From an uncultured Acidobacteriota bacterium (GTDB taxonomy: Bacteria; Acidobacteriota; Terriglobia; Acidiferrales; UBA7541), in the NCBI GenBank assembly GCA_963740035.1, contig CAVUDA010000012.1:41971-105970 (forward strand): a stretch of DNA of 64,000 nucleotides, written 5' to 3'. This document shows positions 20,343 through 31,155 of this stretch, in pieces. How positions within the stretch are numbered: the stretch's first letter is position 1; the number at the start of each line of letters is the position of its first letter. The notes below the pieces were generated by a model, which saw only the letters and a program-made list of their open reading frames with translations, was not told the DNA's origin and searched no databases. The position numbers and the translations under genes were made by a program.

Positions 20343-22640
20343 CTATGACCAGCTAAGGTCGTGATTTTTGAGGGGCAAGGAACGAATTCGCTTGCCCGTT
20401 GCAGCAAAGATCGCATTGCACACCGCCGGGGCGACCCACCCTACCGCTTCTTCGCCGATGCCGGCTATCGGTTCATCCGTTGCGCGAACCCAGTGGACAC
20501 TTATTTCAGGCATCTCTGTGGCCCGCAATAACGGGTAGTCATCAAAGTTGCTCTGAACGACGCGACCTTTCTCGATCGTGATTTCCTGACGAAGCGTCGC
20601 GGCCAGTCCCATCGTAACTTGCATCTCCACCTGCCGTTCGGCGGCCAATGGATTAACCAGGAATGGACCGGTGTCCACAGCAACGTCCATCCGCTCGACC
20701 CGGACTTCGCCCTTCTTGCTGACCGCGACGGTGGCCACAACGCCGATAATCGTGATCTCCGTCCGGCTGAGGCGGCGACTATCTCCAATGGCGATCCCCA
20801 TCCCGGTTCCCGCGGGCAATTTCCGGCCCCAGTCGGACTGCTCGGCGGCTGCACCCAGCACTTGGGTCCAGGCCTTCGCAAAAGGAAACTCCGCATTCGC
20901 CTCCAGCAAAGCGCGCCGGTAGTGGTATGGGTCCCTGCCGGCAGCGTGGGCAAGTTCATCGACAAACGTCTCCAAGAAAAACTCGTTTTGAGATCTGCCG
21001 ACGGACGTCCAAGGTCCGGTCGGAACGTGCGTATTCCGAAGATGATAGTCGAATAGCTGGTTCGGCACGAAGTACGGAAGTTTGTGCAGGCCGCGGATGA
21101 GCTGTTCGTTGCCCGGTTCGGGTGTTCCGCCATTGCGTCCATTTGATGCGAGGCCGCCCTCGGCCGCCACAAGCTTCGAGGCGAAGACGGCTTCATCCAT
21201 CCCGACGACTCGCGTGTGCCAGGCGAGTGGCATTCCGTCCGGTCCCAATGAGGCGCGGAACCTCGACACACGCATCGGCCGATAATATCCGTGGCGTGTC
21301 GTTTCCTCACGGCTCCAGATAACCTTGACGGGGCGTCCCCCCAACTGCTTGGCAATCGCGACCGCTTGACGCACGTCGTCCTGGTTTCCGCGCCGCCCAA
21401 ATCCGCCGCCCAGAAAACAGTTGTGGAGATAAATTTTCTCCACCGGAACGCCCGTCACTTTCGCTGCATCGATCGTGGCATTCTCCGGATCCTGCGACCC
21501 CACCCAAATATCCACTCGATCCGCAGTGACCTGGGCAGTGCAGTTGAATGGCTCCATCACCGTGTGATCCAGATAGGGAACTTCGTAGACCGCCTCCACG
21601 ACCTGCGAAGCGTTCTTGAGCACGCCTTCCGGATCTCCCTTCATGGTGACGACCTTGGCATCAGGCTCATCCAGAGTGGCTCGCGAAGATTTAAAGAATT
21701 CCTCCGAAGTGTCGTTGCCGTGCGTGCCTTCGTCCCACTCAATCGGCATGGCATCCAACGCGGTCCTTGCGTGCCAGTAACTATCTGCCACCACGGCTAC
21801 TCCTGCCTCAATCTCCTCGCCGCTGAACTCCACGACCGAATGAACGCCCGGCCGGCGCTTGACGGAGTCCGCGTCGTAGCTCTTCACCTTGCCCTTGAAC
21901 ACCGGAGATGCCTTCGCCGCCGCATAGAGCATGCCCGGCACACGTACATCGATTCCGTACGTGGCGCTGCCGTCCACCTTCAGAGGCGTATCCAGCAATT
22001 TGGTGGGCTTCTTCATCAGCGTGTACTGATCTGGCGTCTTGATTTTCGGCTCTGCGGGTAATTTGATGGCAGCGGCCTTCTCCGCCACTTGTCCGTAGCG
22101 GAGCGTGCGCCCCGTCAATTTGTGGGTAATTACGCCGTCCTTGACCGTAAGTTCCGCTCTCGGCACACCCCAGGTCTGTGCCGCTGCCGCCATCAGACGC
22201 TCCCGCGCGCTCGCGCCGGCTTGCTGCAAGTAGGGGCGTCCCAGGCGAACCGAACTGCTCGAAGTAGTGTTCAAGCGCCTATACACCTTGTTTTCGCGGA
22301 AATGACGATTGACGGATACATATTCCGCCCGCACTTTCGACCAGTCGCATTCCAGTTCCTCGACGAGCATCTTCGCGCAAGATGTGATGACGCCTTGACC
22401 CATTTCGGATTGCCCGATGCGAATCGTGACAGTGTCATCCGGTGCGATCACAACCCAAAGACCGACCTCGATGTCGTTTCTGCCTGCTAAAGATTCCCAG
22501 GGCCGGCCGGATAATTTGGCAAGATCGGCAGCACGAAGGACGTCGCTCTTTGGAAAAGAGAGTCCCAATGCCAATCCCCCGCCCACTGTAGCGGCGGTCA
22601 CCACGAATTCTCTCCGGCTCAATTCACGATTCGTATACAT
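20343..22640 (-). CDS. Molybdopterin-dependent hydroxylase large subunit (IorB / membrane aldehyde dehydrogenase type) with Tat signal
   Basis: Start set at ATG 22640 (RBS ggagg 8 nt upstream): MYTNRELSRREFVVTAATVGGGLALG is a twin-arginine signal. The body is xanthine-dehydrogenase-family Mo-binding (GGGFGRR, GIGEEAV). The upstream part of the 888-aa ORF overlaps the small-subunit gene. Confidence 0.85.
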   Translation of the reverse strand: MYTNRELSRREFVVTAATVGGGLALGLSFPKSDVLRAADLAKLSGRPWESLAGRNDIEVGLWVVIAPDDTVTIRIGQSEMGQGVITSCAKMLVEELECDWSKVRAEYVSVNRHFRENKVYRRLNTTSSSSVRLGRPYLQQAGASARERLMAAAAQTWGVPRAELTVKDGVITHKLTGRTLRYGQVAEKAAAIKLPAEPKIKTPDQYTLMKKPTKLLDTPLKVDGSATYGIDVRVPGMLYAAAKASPVFKGKVKSYDADSVKRRPGVHSVVEFSGEEIEAGVAVVADSYWHARTALDAMPIEWDEGTHGNDTSEEFFKSSRATLDEPDAKVVTMKGDPEGVLKNASQVVEAVYEVPYLDHTVMEPFNCTAQVTADRVDIWVGSQDPENATIDAAKVTGVPVEKIYLHNCFLGGGFGRRGNQDDVRQAVAIAKQLGGRPVKVIWSREETTRHGYYRPMRVSRFRASLGPDGMPLAWHTRVVGMDEAVFASKLVAAEGGLASNGRNGGTPEPGNEQLIRGLHKLPYFVPNQLFDYHLRNTHVPTGPWTSVGRSQNEFFLETFVDELAHAAGRDPYHYRRALLEANAEFPFAKAWTQVLGAAAEQSDWGRKLPAGTGMGIAIGDSRRLSRTEITIIGVVATVAVSKKGEVRVERMDVAVDTGPFLVNPLAAERQVEMQVTMGLAATLRQEITIEKGRVVQSNFDDYPLLRATEMPEISVHWVRATDEPIAGIGEEAVGWVAPAVCNAIFAATGKRIRSLPLKNHDLSWS

Positions 22641-22660
22641 GCTCACCTCCAAAGAGACGC

Positions 22661-23119
22661 CTAAGCCTTCGCGGCGATTTGAGCGGCGCGGTGAATTGCC
22701 TGGCGGATGCGCAGATACGTACCGCAGCGGCAAAGGTTGGTAATTTCCCGCTCGATATCCTCGTCGGTTGGGTTCGGTTTGTTCGCAAGCAGGGCGGCGG
22801 CTGCCATGATCTGTCCGGACTGGCAATAGCCGCACTCCGGCACATCCCCCTCGCGCCAGGCAATCTGGGCCGGATGCTGGGCATTCGGGGAAAGTCCTTC
22901 GATGGTGGTGATTTCCTGGCCTACCATCAGACTTGCCGGCACGACGCAGGACCGGACAGGTTTCCCGTTTACATGCACGGTGCAAGCCCCGCAAAGGGCC
23001 TTGCCGCAACTAAACTTCGTTCCTGTCAGACCGATCTTGTCCCGGATGACCCACAAGAGAGGAGTCTCGGGTTCCACATCTACGCTATAGGTTTTTCGAT
23101 TGACTTTCAGGGATAACAT
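22661..23119 (-). CDS. [2Fe-2S] small subunit of the molybdo-hydroxylase (IorA/CoxS type)
   Basis: [27 protein letters not shown]...[22 protein letters not shown]...[12 protein letters not shown]...NLCRCGTY carries both 2Fe-2S cysteine sets. ATG 23119 has a ggagg RBS. Confidence 0.9.
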   Translation of the reverse strand: MLSLKVNRKTYSVDVEPETPLLWVIRDKIGLTGTKFSCGKALCGACTVHVNGKPVRSCVVPASLMVGQEITTIEGLSPNAQHPAQIAWREGDVPECGYCQSGQIMAAAALLANKPNPTDEDIEREITNLCRCGTYLRIRQAIHRAAQIAAKA

Positions 23120-23408
23120 CCTGAAGACCTCCACATTCTGTGCAGAATCTCCCGCGATCAAAACGCCGCCGGCCGCCGGAGACTCATTTCGCCGGATCCC
23201 CATTCCGGAAGCATCGATTGCTGATGAATGTACACCAACTTCTTCGTTTTGGTTTAGCTGAGATTTCCATTTTGCCCGGAACTGGGACCTCCTTAGATCG
23301 CCGGCCTGCCTCGCCGCTGTCAGGTCGAACGGAAGTTGACACAAAGCGGGGCCGGGCATATGTTCTTGCGCAAGGAACAAATCAAAATCGCCAATTGGGA
23401 TCACACTT

Positions 23409-25199
23409 ATGAAAAAAGATAAACGCGACCAGAACGGTTTCTCGCGACGGGATTTCATCAAGACGACAGCCACGGGAGCCGGCGCCGCAGCCCTCTCCGG
23501 GCTTGGCGTGGAAGTTGCGAAGGCTGAAGGACGGCCCGCGCGCTGGGATAAGGAAGCGGACGTTGTCGTCATTGGAGCGGGTGCTACCGGGCTGCCCGCG
23601 GCGATTCAAGCGGCCGAGGGGGGCGCGTCCGTGATTCTGATCGACGCGAATACGGACGTCGGCGGGCACGCGATTTTGAGCGGCGGAAACGTGGCTCTCG
23701 GCGGCGGCACGAGCCGGCAGAAAAAATATGGCGTGGTCGACTCGCCGGACCTTTTGTACTCGGACCTGACGGATTGGTCCGTCGTCGAGCCCAACGGGTT
23801 TCCCGATTACCGGTACAACGACAAGGAAGTCATCCGCGCGTTTGCCGACGAAAGCGCTAAGACCTACGAGTGGCTGGTCGAGCATGGAGTCACGTTTGTG
23901 GAAAAAGCTCCTGACACGCTGGGCGGGCACGCTTGCGGCAATTCCGCACCGAGGGAGAGCCATGCCGCGCCGCTGGCGTTTGCGCTCGTTCAGAATGGCG
24001 GGCCACTGCCCGCCGATAAAGGTGCAACCACTTCCTCAGGCGTCGGCCTCATCCGTCCGCTGGAAGCCAGCGCGAGAAAATTGGGCGTGCAGGTTCTCCT
24101 GCAACACAAGATGACGGGCATCGTCCGCGAGAATCCGAATTCCGGCAGGGTCCTTGGAATTTCAGCGACGAGCCAGGGCAAGACCGTGAATATCCGCGCG
24201 CGCAAAGGCGTCATCATCGGCACGGGCGGTCACAGCGGCAACGTAAATTTCCGCAGAATCTTCGATCCGCGCCTCACCGAAGAGTACCAAGTGGCCGGCG
24301 AACCGTACTCCTTCCAGGATGCCAGCGGAGAAATCGCGGCTATGTCCATTGGCGCGTCGCTCTGGGGCGCGTTCAACCAATCCGGAGAATTTGGCCAGAA
24401 CGTGACCAAGGCGGGATGGATCGGCTGCCAATACGGTTACGTGAACCTGAGCTGGCAGCCGGACAGCCCCATTTTTTCCAAGGCGCGCGCCACGGGCCTC
24501 TCCGTCAAGGATTACCAGGACGCGATCCTCGTGAACATCGCGGGCCAGCGATTTTACGATGAGACGCAAGGCCAATTCCCCGCGAACAACTACAACTCCA
24601 TCAAATCCTACATCCCGCGAAGCTACCTCAACGCCGCGAATGTGAAGTACGAGACCTCCAATTTCATCAATGCGGCCCTAGCGGGAACCGGCGATACGAC
24701 TCCGGGCGGCGGCCCGATCTGGGCCATCTTTGACTCGGACGCGGTGAAGCGGGAAGGCTGGAAAGTTACGGCTCCCTATGTGGATGAGGCGCAGGGATAC
24801 TTCTTTTCCGCGAATTCCGTGACAGAACTCGCCGCCAAAATTGCAAACAAGTTTCAGAAAAAATCGATACCGCCGAACGCGCTGCAAGACACAGTGACGC
24901 GGTACAACTCCTTCGTGGACGCCGGCAAGGACGCGGACTTCGGCAAACCCGCGCCGAAATACAAGATTCAGACGCCTCCCTTTTACGCAGCCTGGGCCAC
25001 GCCCGTGATTCACGACACGCGCTCGGGCCTGCGTATCAATGGAAAATGCCAGGTGGTGGACCTCAATGGTGACGTCATTCCGGGCCTCTACTGCGGCGGC
25101 GAGTCCGCGGGAGGATTCAGCCTCCACGGCCTGGCGAGATGCGCGGTGCAAGGACGAATCGCGGGAAGAAACGCAGCCGCGGAGACGGTCAAGGGGTAG
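23409..25199 (+). CDS. Tat-exported FAD-dependent oxidoreductase (FAD_binding_2 / fumarate-reductase-flavoprotein-like)
   Basis: Tat signal [20 protein letters not shown] and dinucleotide fold [30 protein letters not shown]-terminal [11 protein letters not shown] motif. Confidence 0.85.
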   Translation: MKKDKRDQNGFSRRDFIKTTATGAGAAALSGLGVEVAKAEGRPARWDKEADVVVIGAGATGLPAAIQAAEGGASVILIDANTDVGGHAILSGGNVALGGGTSRQKKYGVVDSPDLLYSDLTDWSVVEPNGFPDYRYNDKEVIRAFADESAKTYEWLVEHGVTFVEKAPDTLGGHACGNSAPRESHAAPLAFALVQNGGPLPADKGATTSSGVGLIRPLEASARKLGVQVLLQHKMTGIVRENPNSGRVLGISATSQGKTVNIRARKGVIIGTGGHSGNVNFRRIFDPRLTEEYQVAGEPYSFQDASGEIAAMSIGASLWGAFNQSGEFGQNVTKAGWIGCQYGYVNLSWQPDSPIFSKARATGLSVKDYQDAILVNIAGQRFYDETQGQFPANNYNSIKSYIPRSYLNAANVKYETSNFINAALAGTGDTTPGGGPIWAIFDSDAVKREGWKVTAPYVDEAQGYFFSANSVTELAAKIANKFQKKSIPPNALQDTVTRYNSFVDAGKDADFGKPAPKYKIQTPPFYAAWATPVIHDTRSGLRINGKCQVVDLNGDVIPGLYCGGESAGGFSLHGLARCAVQGRIAGRNAAAETVKG

Positions 25200-25217
25200 C
25201 GAACCGCTGAATTCTAA

Positions 25218-26945
25218 ATGCGTATGCAAAAAATCCGCCTCATGTCGAAACTATTTCTTACCATCGCTCTGGGAGGCATCGTGGTCAGCGCAATGAGCGG
25301 GGCCTCTCCTGACCTCACAGCGCAGGACTCAGACCCCGTCGCTCTGAGCGGTGTCGTCAGCTCGCAACAGGAAGGCGTTATGGAGGGCGTCGTCGTCAGC
25401 GCGCGACGCGAGGGCGCTAACTTTAACGTGTCCGTGGTGAGCGACGCGCAGGGGAAATATGGTTTCCCCAGGAGCCACGTGGAGCCCGGCAAATACGCAC
25501 TCACGATCCGGGCCGTAGGGTACGACCTGAAAGATCCCGGGGCCGTGACGATTGCCGAGGGCAAAACTACAAACGCGGATCTCAAGCTCGACAAGACCAA
25601 GGACCTCGCCTCACAGCTCAGTTCCCTCGAGTGGGCCATGAGCGCCCCCGGCACGCCCGAACAGAAGAACAAGCTCATCTATCAAGTAGTGAGCTGCGCC
25701 TACTGCCATGCCTTGGAGCGCGTCATGAGGTCGAACCACACGGCCGACGAGTTCGTGGACGTAATCACGCGCATGCAGAAGTACTACACGGACGGCTCGG
25801 CGGTCAGCAGGGACAAACGGGGCCGCGGGCAGATTGGCATTCCCGACCAGGTTGCCGCTGCCGATCAGAACCCGATCTGGGGCCGTGAGCCCTTGGCGGT
25901 GCCGAAGAAGGAACTGGCCGAGTACCTCGCCACGGTGAACCTTAGCGGGGGAAAAACAACGTGGCCCCACGAGTTGAAGACGCTGCCGCGTCCGAAGGGC
26001 AAGGCCACGCGCGTCATCATCACCCAGTACGACATGCCCCGGCCTGACACAGTGGCGCACGATCTGGACCTCGATTCCTCAGGCACAATTTGGTACACCG
26101 ATGAAAGCCGCATGTTCTTCGGGAAGATGAATCCAAAGACCGGAGCATTTACCGAGTACGCGCTGCCGCCCGTCCCGTCTGGCGACCTGCCGGGTGCGAG
26201 GGACATTCAAGTGGATCGCGACGACAACATCTGGTTCCCGCGGAGAATCGCCAACGCGGCGGTCGTGCTGACGAAGTTCAATCCGAAGACGGAAGAAGTG
26301 AGCACCATCGAAGGAGTAGGAACGCAATTCATGGCGCTCGGACCCGAAGGCAAAATCTGGGCGGGGTGGACGCGGGTCGATCCGAAGTCCATGAAAGCAG
26401 AGGCCACGTACGGCTGGGAGAAATCCCCGAACATCCCGCCTGGCCCGCACCGTCAGTACGTCGATCTCACGGTAGTAAACTCCAAGGGTAATCCATACGC
26501 GCCGGACATTGGCGGGTCGTACATCATCGGCATCGACGCCAAGACCGGTGAGGCCAAGTTCTGGCAGGTCCCCACGCCCAGATCATCTCCGCGCCGCGGC
26601 AGAATGGACGCGCAAGACCGTTTCTGGTTTGCCGAGTACACCGGGGACAAGATCGGCATGTTCGACACGCGCACGGAAAAGTTCCAGGAATGGCCCATGC
26701 CGCGCAAATACACGACCCCATACGCCGTCTCGGCCCCCGACAAAAACGGATACGTGTACGCGACGAGCAACATGGCCGAGCGCCTCATCCGCCTTGATCC
26801 AAAGACCGGTGAAATCGTCGAATATCAGATCCCGACCGAGTTCGATTCGAAGAAGATCACCTACGATCCCACGACCAGCCGCTTGACGTTGTGGATGGTG
26901 AACACTCGCACCGCGAGAATGATGAAGGTCGAACCTCTTGAATAG
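25218..26945 (+). CDS. Secreted CarboxypepD_reg-like / haem-c motif / beta-propeller protein (paralog 2)
   Basis: Same architecture as 18657-20303: LSGVVSSQQEGVMEGVVVSA...GKYGFPRSHVEPGKYAL, a CAYCH haem motif, then propeller blades (SGTIWYTDES, DNIWFPRR, DRFWFAEYTGDKIGMFD, NGYVYATS). Confidence 0.75.
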   Translation: MRMQKIRLMSKLFLTIALGGIVVSAMSGASPDLTAQDSDPVALSGVVSSQQEGVMEGVVVSARREGANFNVSVVSDAQGKYGFPRSHVEPGKYALTIRAVGYDLKDPGAVTIAEGKTTNADLKLDKTKDLASQLSSLEWAMSAPGTPEQKNKLIYQVVSCAYCHALERVMRSNHTADEFVDVITRMQKYYTDGSAVSRDKRGRGQIGIPDQVAAADQNPIWGREPLAVPKKELAEYLATVNLSGGKTTWPHELKTLPRPKGKATRVIITQYDMPRPDTVAHDLDLDSSGTIWYTDESRMFFGKMNPKTGAFTEYALPPVPSGDLPGARDIQVDRDDNIWFPRRIANAAVVLTKFNPKTEEVSTIEGVGTQFMALGPEGKIWAGWTRVDPKSMKAEATYGWEKSPNIPPGPHRQYVDLTVVNSKGNPYAPDIGGSYIIGIDAKTGEAKFWQVPTPRSSPRRGRMDAQDRFWFAEYTGDKIGMFDTRTEKFQEWPMPRKYTTPYAVSAPDKNGYVYATSNMAERLIRLDPKTGEIVEYQIPTEFDSKKITYDPTTSRLTLWMVNTRTARMMKVEPLE

Positions 26946-27108
26946 ACTTAGCTAGAATTGACCAGACGCAATCTAAGATTGAATCCCTCCATTCAAGAAG
27001 AGTGCCCCGCTCCGGAACACCTGTAGCCCATTACCCACACACCTCTGGAATAAAGCTCGCCCATTCCATGCCGATGATTGGTGCAGTAACCACCTCGGGA
27101 GATTTCAA

Positions 27109-27633
27109 GTGAGAGAGCAGACAATCCAGCCCACGGCGGTCGAACGAACTTTTGAGGAAGATGAAATCATCGTCAGCAAGACCGATTTGAAGGGAATCAT
27201 TACTTACGCGAACCGAACCTTCCTCGAGGTGGCGATGTACACAGAGGAAGAAGTCCTGGGACAGCCGCACAGCATCATCCGCCACCCCGACATGCCGCGG
27301 TGCGTCTTCAAGCTGCTCTGGGACACGATCCAGGGAGGAAATGAGATCTTCGCCTACGTAAAGAACATGGCCAAAAACGGGGCCTACTACTGGGTCTTTG
27401 CGCATGTGACTCCGACGTTCGATCCTGCCAAAAAAATCGTCGGTTACCACTCCAATCGCCGCAGGCCGGATCGCAACCAGATCCAGATCGCCGACGGCCT
27501 GTACCGGAAATTGAAGCAAGAGGAAGACCGGCACTCCGACTGGAAAAAAGGTATGGCAGCGGCTACGGAAATGTTGCTTCAAGCCGTTGCGGCGAAACAG
27601 ATGCAGTATGACGAATTCGTTCTTTCCATCTGA
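27109..27633 (+). CDS. Stand-alone PAS-domain sensor protein (Aer/CetB-like)
   Basis: [57 protein letters not shown]...[10 protein letters not shown] is an Aer-type PAS fold. It has no output domain. Confidence 0.8.
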   Translation: MREQTIQPTAVERTFEEDEIIVSKTDLKGIITYANRTFLEVAMYTEEEVLGQPHSIIRHPDMPRCVFKLLWDTIQGGNEIFAYVKNMAKNGAYYWVFAHVTPTFDPAKKIVGYHSNRRRPDRNQIQIADGLYRKLKQEEDRHSDWKKGMAAATEMLLQAVAAKQMQYDEFVLSI

Positions 27634-27649
27634 AATCACGGAGAGGTCA

Positions 27650-28690
27650 ATGGCAACCAGCCAAAGTTTAAGTTCGCGCGTGAAACATTCCTTCAATTTC
27701 TTCCGGTCCGGGGACGAAAACGGTCCTCGACAACAAGGGGAATCAACCGACGCCGCGACAGCGGAACTGGAGCAATACCGCATGCTGCTGACGCAGGCAA
27801 CGGAGACGTGCGAGCGCGCGGCGCATGGCGACCTGGAAGCGAGGATGTTGCATTGTCACGGTTCCGTCGAGATGGAACGCCTGGCCGACGCTGTCAACCA
27901 CATGCTGGATATGACGGACGCATTCCTGCGCGAGGTCGGCGCATCGCTCGAATATGCCGGCCGTGGCAAATTCTTCCGGCGTGTACTGCTGCGCGGCATG
28001 CGTGGTTCCTTCCGCCAGGCAAGCGATACGATCAATCAAACCAACAGTGCATTGGAACGAGACGCCGCTCTCAAAGAATCCGTCGAACAACGCCGCGTCC
28101 TGGCCGATCAATTCGAGGACACGGTAAAAAAGGTTTTCTCCGGACTGGCTACATCCACTTCCCGTGTTGCCGCCGCCGCGCTCACCCTGTCAGACGCAGC
28201 AGGGACCGGCGCCGACGCCTCGCCTGCCGGTGCGGCGGCGCGGGCGAACAAACCCGTTTCACAAGGCATATCCGGTCAATCCGGCGAGAAGGACGAAAAG
28301 GCCCACCAGCTCTGCGAGGTGATTGTGCTGCTGACGGAAGCATCGCAACGCATCGGGGGAGTGATTAAACTCATTTCTCAAATTGCCCGGCAGACCAACT
28401 TGCTCGCGCTGAACGCCACCATCGAAGCAGCGCGGGCCGGAGAGGCAGGCAAGGGTTTTGCGGTCGTCGCCGCCGAAGTGAAATCGCTGTCGCAACAAAC
28501 GACGAGCGCGACGGAAGAGATCGGGACCGAAATCGCCAGGATGCGCTCCACCGTCGATCAGACGGCTTCCCTTGTCGGCGCGATGGCAAAAAGCATCGGA
28601 GAAATGAAGGAAATCTCCGCGCTCTTATCTGAACAGACAGAGGAGCTCTCCGGTTCGGTCGACTCATTCCTGCAAACGATCCGCGCCTGA
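27650..28690 (+). CDS. Soluble methyl-accepting chemotaxis protein signalling-domain protein
   Basis: The highly conserved MCP hairpin tip [37 protein letters not shown]. No TM segment. ATG 27650 lies 17 nt after the PAS stop. Confidence 0.8.
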   Translation: MATSQSLSSRVKHSFNFFRSGDENGPRQQGESTDAATAELEQYRMLLTQATETCERAAHGDLEARMLHCHGSVEMERLADAVNHMLDMTDAFLREVGASLEYAGRGKFFRRVLLRGMRGSFRQASDTINQTNSALERDAALKESVEQRRVLADQFEDTVKKVFSGLATSTSRVAAAALTLSDAAGTGADASPAGAAARANKPVSQGISGQSGEKDEKAHQLCEVIVLLTEASQRIGGVIKLISQIARQTNLLALNATIEAARAGEAGKGFAVVAAEVKSLSQQTTSATEEIGTEIARMRSTVDQTASLVGAMAKSIGEMKEISALLSEQTEELSGSVDSFLQTIRA

Positions 28691-28796
28691 TGGAATTGCC
28701 GGCGCTTCGCAAGAAGGGTGAAGTGATGCGGCACACGAAAACTCAAACCATCCCAAAGGCTGGCTCACCCGCCTCTAATCAATCGAATTAGGAATT

Positions 28797-30236
28797 TCAA
28801 GCGGGAGGAAACGTGTCCGTGCGCTCATAGATGACAGCCAATGAGTCCTGATAGCACTTGTGCCAGCCGCGCGAGATGCTGAGGAGGCCGGCGATCGGAG
28901 CGCTGGGCTCGACCAGGACTGTGCGGATGTCGCGGCTGAGAAATTCCGGCTGAGGATTCACTTCTCCCTCGTACATCTCATTAAAGTGCGTGAGAAAAGA
29001 ATCACCGTAAAGATCGGCCCGCCCGTCCACGTAGACGCGATACTCCGGATAGAGGCGCCAGATCAGATAGCCGCCGAAGGGATAGGCGTTGAAGATCTGC
29101 CCGGCGGGACGGCTGTGTTCCAAGAAAGTGACGGCGTCCGCGGGAAAGCGCGTGCGTTCGAACATGGCGGCGCCGGCAATCCCGGCGTGCCAGCGCCAGC
29201 CGCACAGCAGAACGACCAAAACAATCGCAGCTTGGCGAAGCGGGAGCGGAAAGCGCCAAGGAAGAGGCGCCGGGCGCCAGCCGGAAAGCAGGGGAATGCA
29301 GGCAACGCTGAACAACGCCATGTTGCGCATGGAATGCAACGCGGCTCCGGCGAAGAAAGTAACGAAGAGGATCTCACCGGCACGCAGCGTTTTCCGGCGC
29401 AGCGCCAATGCAAGAACGGTTAAGCCGATCAGCAGGAAAAATGGAAAGAAAAGACGCTGCAGCGGATTGGGCGGCTGCCATTCCGTTATGAGGGCCTGCA
29501 TCGCGGGAGAGCGCAAGGTTTCGAATGGATAGGTGTAGAGTCGCAAACCGTTCGGATTTAGCGGCACCACGACGAGACAAGCAAGCGCCGCCGCCCCGAG
29601 ATGAGTCACGCGCTCGCGGAGTTTCTGCCGTGAGGTGGGGTCGGTCAGCGCGTCGAGCGCATAGCCCGCGAGGTAGAGAAGAATCACCGTCGGCCCAAGA
29701 ATGTATCCGCCGTGCAGATTGACCCACAGAATAGTCAGAAGTGGAAGTGCGAGAAGGGGCCGCCAGGCGCTCGTGCGGCGGTGAGCTTCCAACACAAAGC
29801 AAAACAGGGAGAACAAGCACAGCGTGAAAACCTGCGGCCGCACGAGGAATGTAGGATGAGCAGCCCACACTGCCAGAGCCAGAACGGGAAGACAAATGTA
29901 GAGAGGCCCTTCGGCGGAACGATAGGCCAGCCAGTAGGCAGCTGCCGTGATCAGGCCAAAAAGCATCAGGACGGCGGCATAACCTCCGAAATGGTACGTG
30001 GCATAAAGAAGCAGCTCGGAGAGCCATTCATGCGCAATCCAGCGTTGTCCCGCAACCGTAAAAGTGAAAGGGTCGATGCGCGGAATCGCATGGGTTGCAT
30101 AAATCAGCTGGCCGGAGCGTAGGTGCCACCAGAAATCCGCGGATGCCAGCGAAGGCAGGCAAACTGCGAAGAGGCCCAAAAAAACGGCGGCGTCAGCGCC
30201 GTGCGTTTCAAGCAACTGGCGGATGCGGAAAAACAT
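28797..30236 (-). CDS. Polytopic integral membrane protein (possible GT-C-like glycosyltransferase; function unknown)
   Basis: 479 aa with about 12 TM segments. The N-terminal DFWWHLRSGQ...HEWLSE loop motif is seen in uncharacterised membrane glycosyltransferase-like families. No confident family call. Confidence 0.5.
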   Translation of the reverse strand: MFFRIRQLLETHGADAAVFLGLFAVCLPSLASADFWWHLRSGQLIYATHAIPRIDPFTFTVAGQRWIAHEWLSELLLYATYHFGGYAAVLMLFGLITAAAYWLAYRSAEGPLYICLPVLALAVWAAHPTFLVRPQVFTLCLFSLFCFVLEAHRRTSAWRPLLALPLLTILWVNLHGGYILGPTVILLYLAGYALDALTDPTSRQKLRERVTHLGAAALACLVVVPLNPNGLRLYTYPFETLRSPAMQALITEWQPPNPLQRLFFPFFLLIGLTVLALALRRKTLRAGEILFVTFFAGAALHSMRNMALFSVACIPLLSGWRPAPLPWRFPLPLRQAAIVLVVLLCGWRWHAGIAGAAMFERTRFPADAVTFLEHSRPAGQIFNAYPFGGYLIWRLYPEYRVYVDGRADLYGDSFLTHFNEMYEGEVNPQPEFLSRDIRTVLVEPSAPIAGLLSISRGWHKCYQDSLAVIYERTDTFPPA

Positions 30237-30537
30237 GATGAATTGATTCTAACGTGGCCAGGTCAGTGAGCGGCGTTCAATGCCAAGCAGTGGTTACCGA
30301 GAGGTTACGCCAAGCGCTGTTTTTAAATGAAATCGCAGAGGACCAGCGGAAGTTGTACTGATTTCCAAGAAGTTGTCGGATCTTCACCGAAGCCCTGCAG
30401 TTTCCGGCTTATCTCCTGCGAGATGCGTCGAGCCCCGTCAGCATGATATACATGCGGCCTGAGAATTCGTTTTGGGCGCGCTGCCAGAAACGAACGATCC
30501 GATGATGGAACGACCAACTTGCAGGGAGGTGAAGAAA

Positions 30538-30948
30538 ATGCCGATCCTATCGAACGTGAATTCCATGCGATGGCCGTTACTTCGCATGTGGGCTGTGCTG
30601 GTTCTGGTCTCCTGCGGCCTTGCCGGGCAGGCGCTCGCCCAGGAATCGGGGGCGCGCGACAGGATTTACGTCGTGACGCACGCCGACCTCCTGGGGCCGA
30701 ATATGCCCGCCGGCAAAAAATTGCTGCAGCAATACGTTGCCGACAGCCGCAAGGAAAAGGGCTGCGTGCGCATCGAGGTCTACGAGCAGATCTCGCGCCT
30801 CAATCATCATATGATCGTCGAAGTTTGGGAATCCCAGCAGGCATTCGATGCGCACATCGCCGCCGCACACACTGTTCAGTTCCGCCAGCAAATCGATCCC
30901 ATGCTCGGAAGCCCTTATGACGAGCGTCTACATCACATCATGGAATAG
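30538..30948 (+). CDS. Secreted antibiotic-biosynthesis-monooxygenase (ABM/Dabb) domain protein
   Basis: ATG 30538 with a ggagg RBS and a signal peptide (MWAVLVLVSCGLAGQALA). ABM pattern IYVVTHADL...IEVYEQISRLNHHMIVEVWESQQAFDAH. Confidence 0.65.
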   Translation: MPILSNVNSMRWPLLRMWAVLVLVSCGLAGQALAQESGARDRIYVVTHADLLGPNMPAGKKLLQQYVADSRKEKGCVRIEVYEQISRLNHHMIVEVWESQQAFDAHIAAAHTVQFRQQIDPMLGSPYDERLHHIME

Positions 30949-31016
30949 CGCTCGATTTATCTGGTGTCCAAATCCTGGAAGCGGCAGGAATTTGCCAATG
31001 GGCGTCGGTCAAGAAG

Positions 31017-31091
<75 letters not shown>

Positions 31092-31155
31092 ACGAACATT
31101 TTATTTTACCACGACTGGACGATTTTTCAGGCCGCCCGCGCCGCACGATTTGCGT

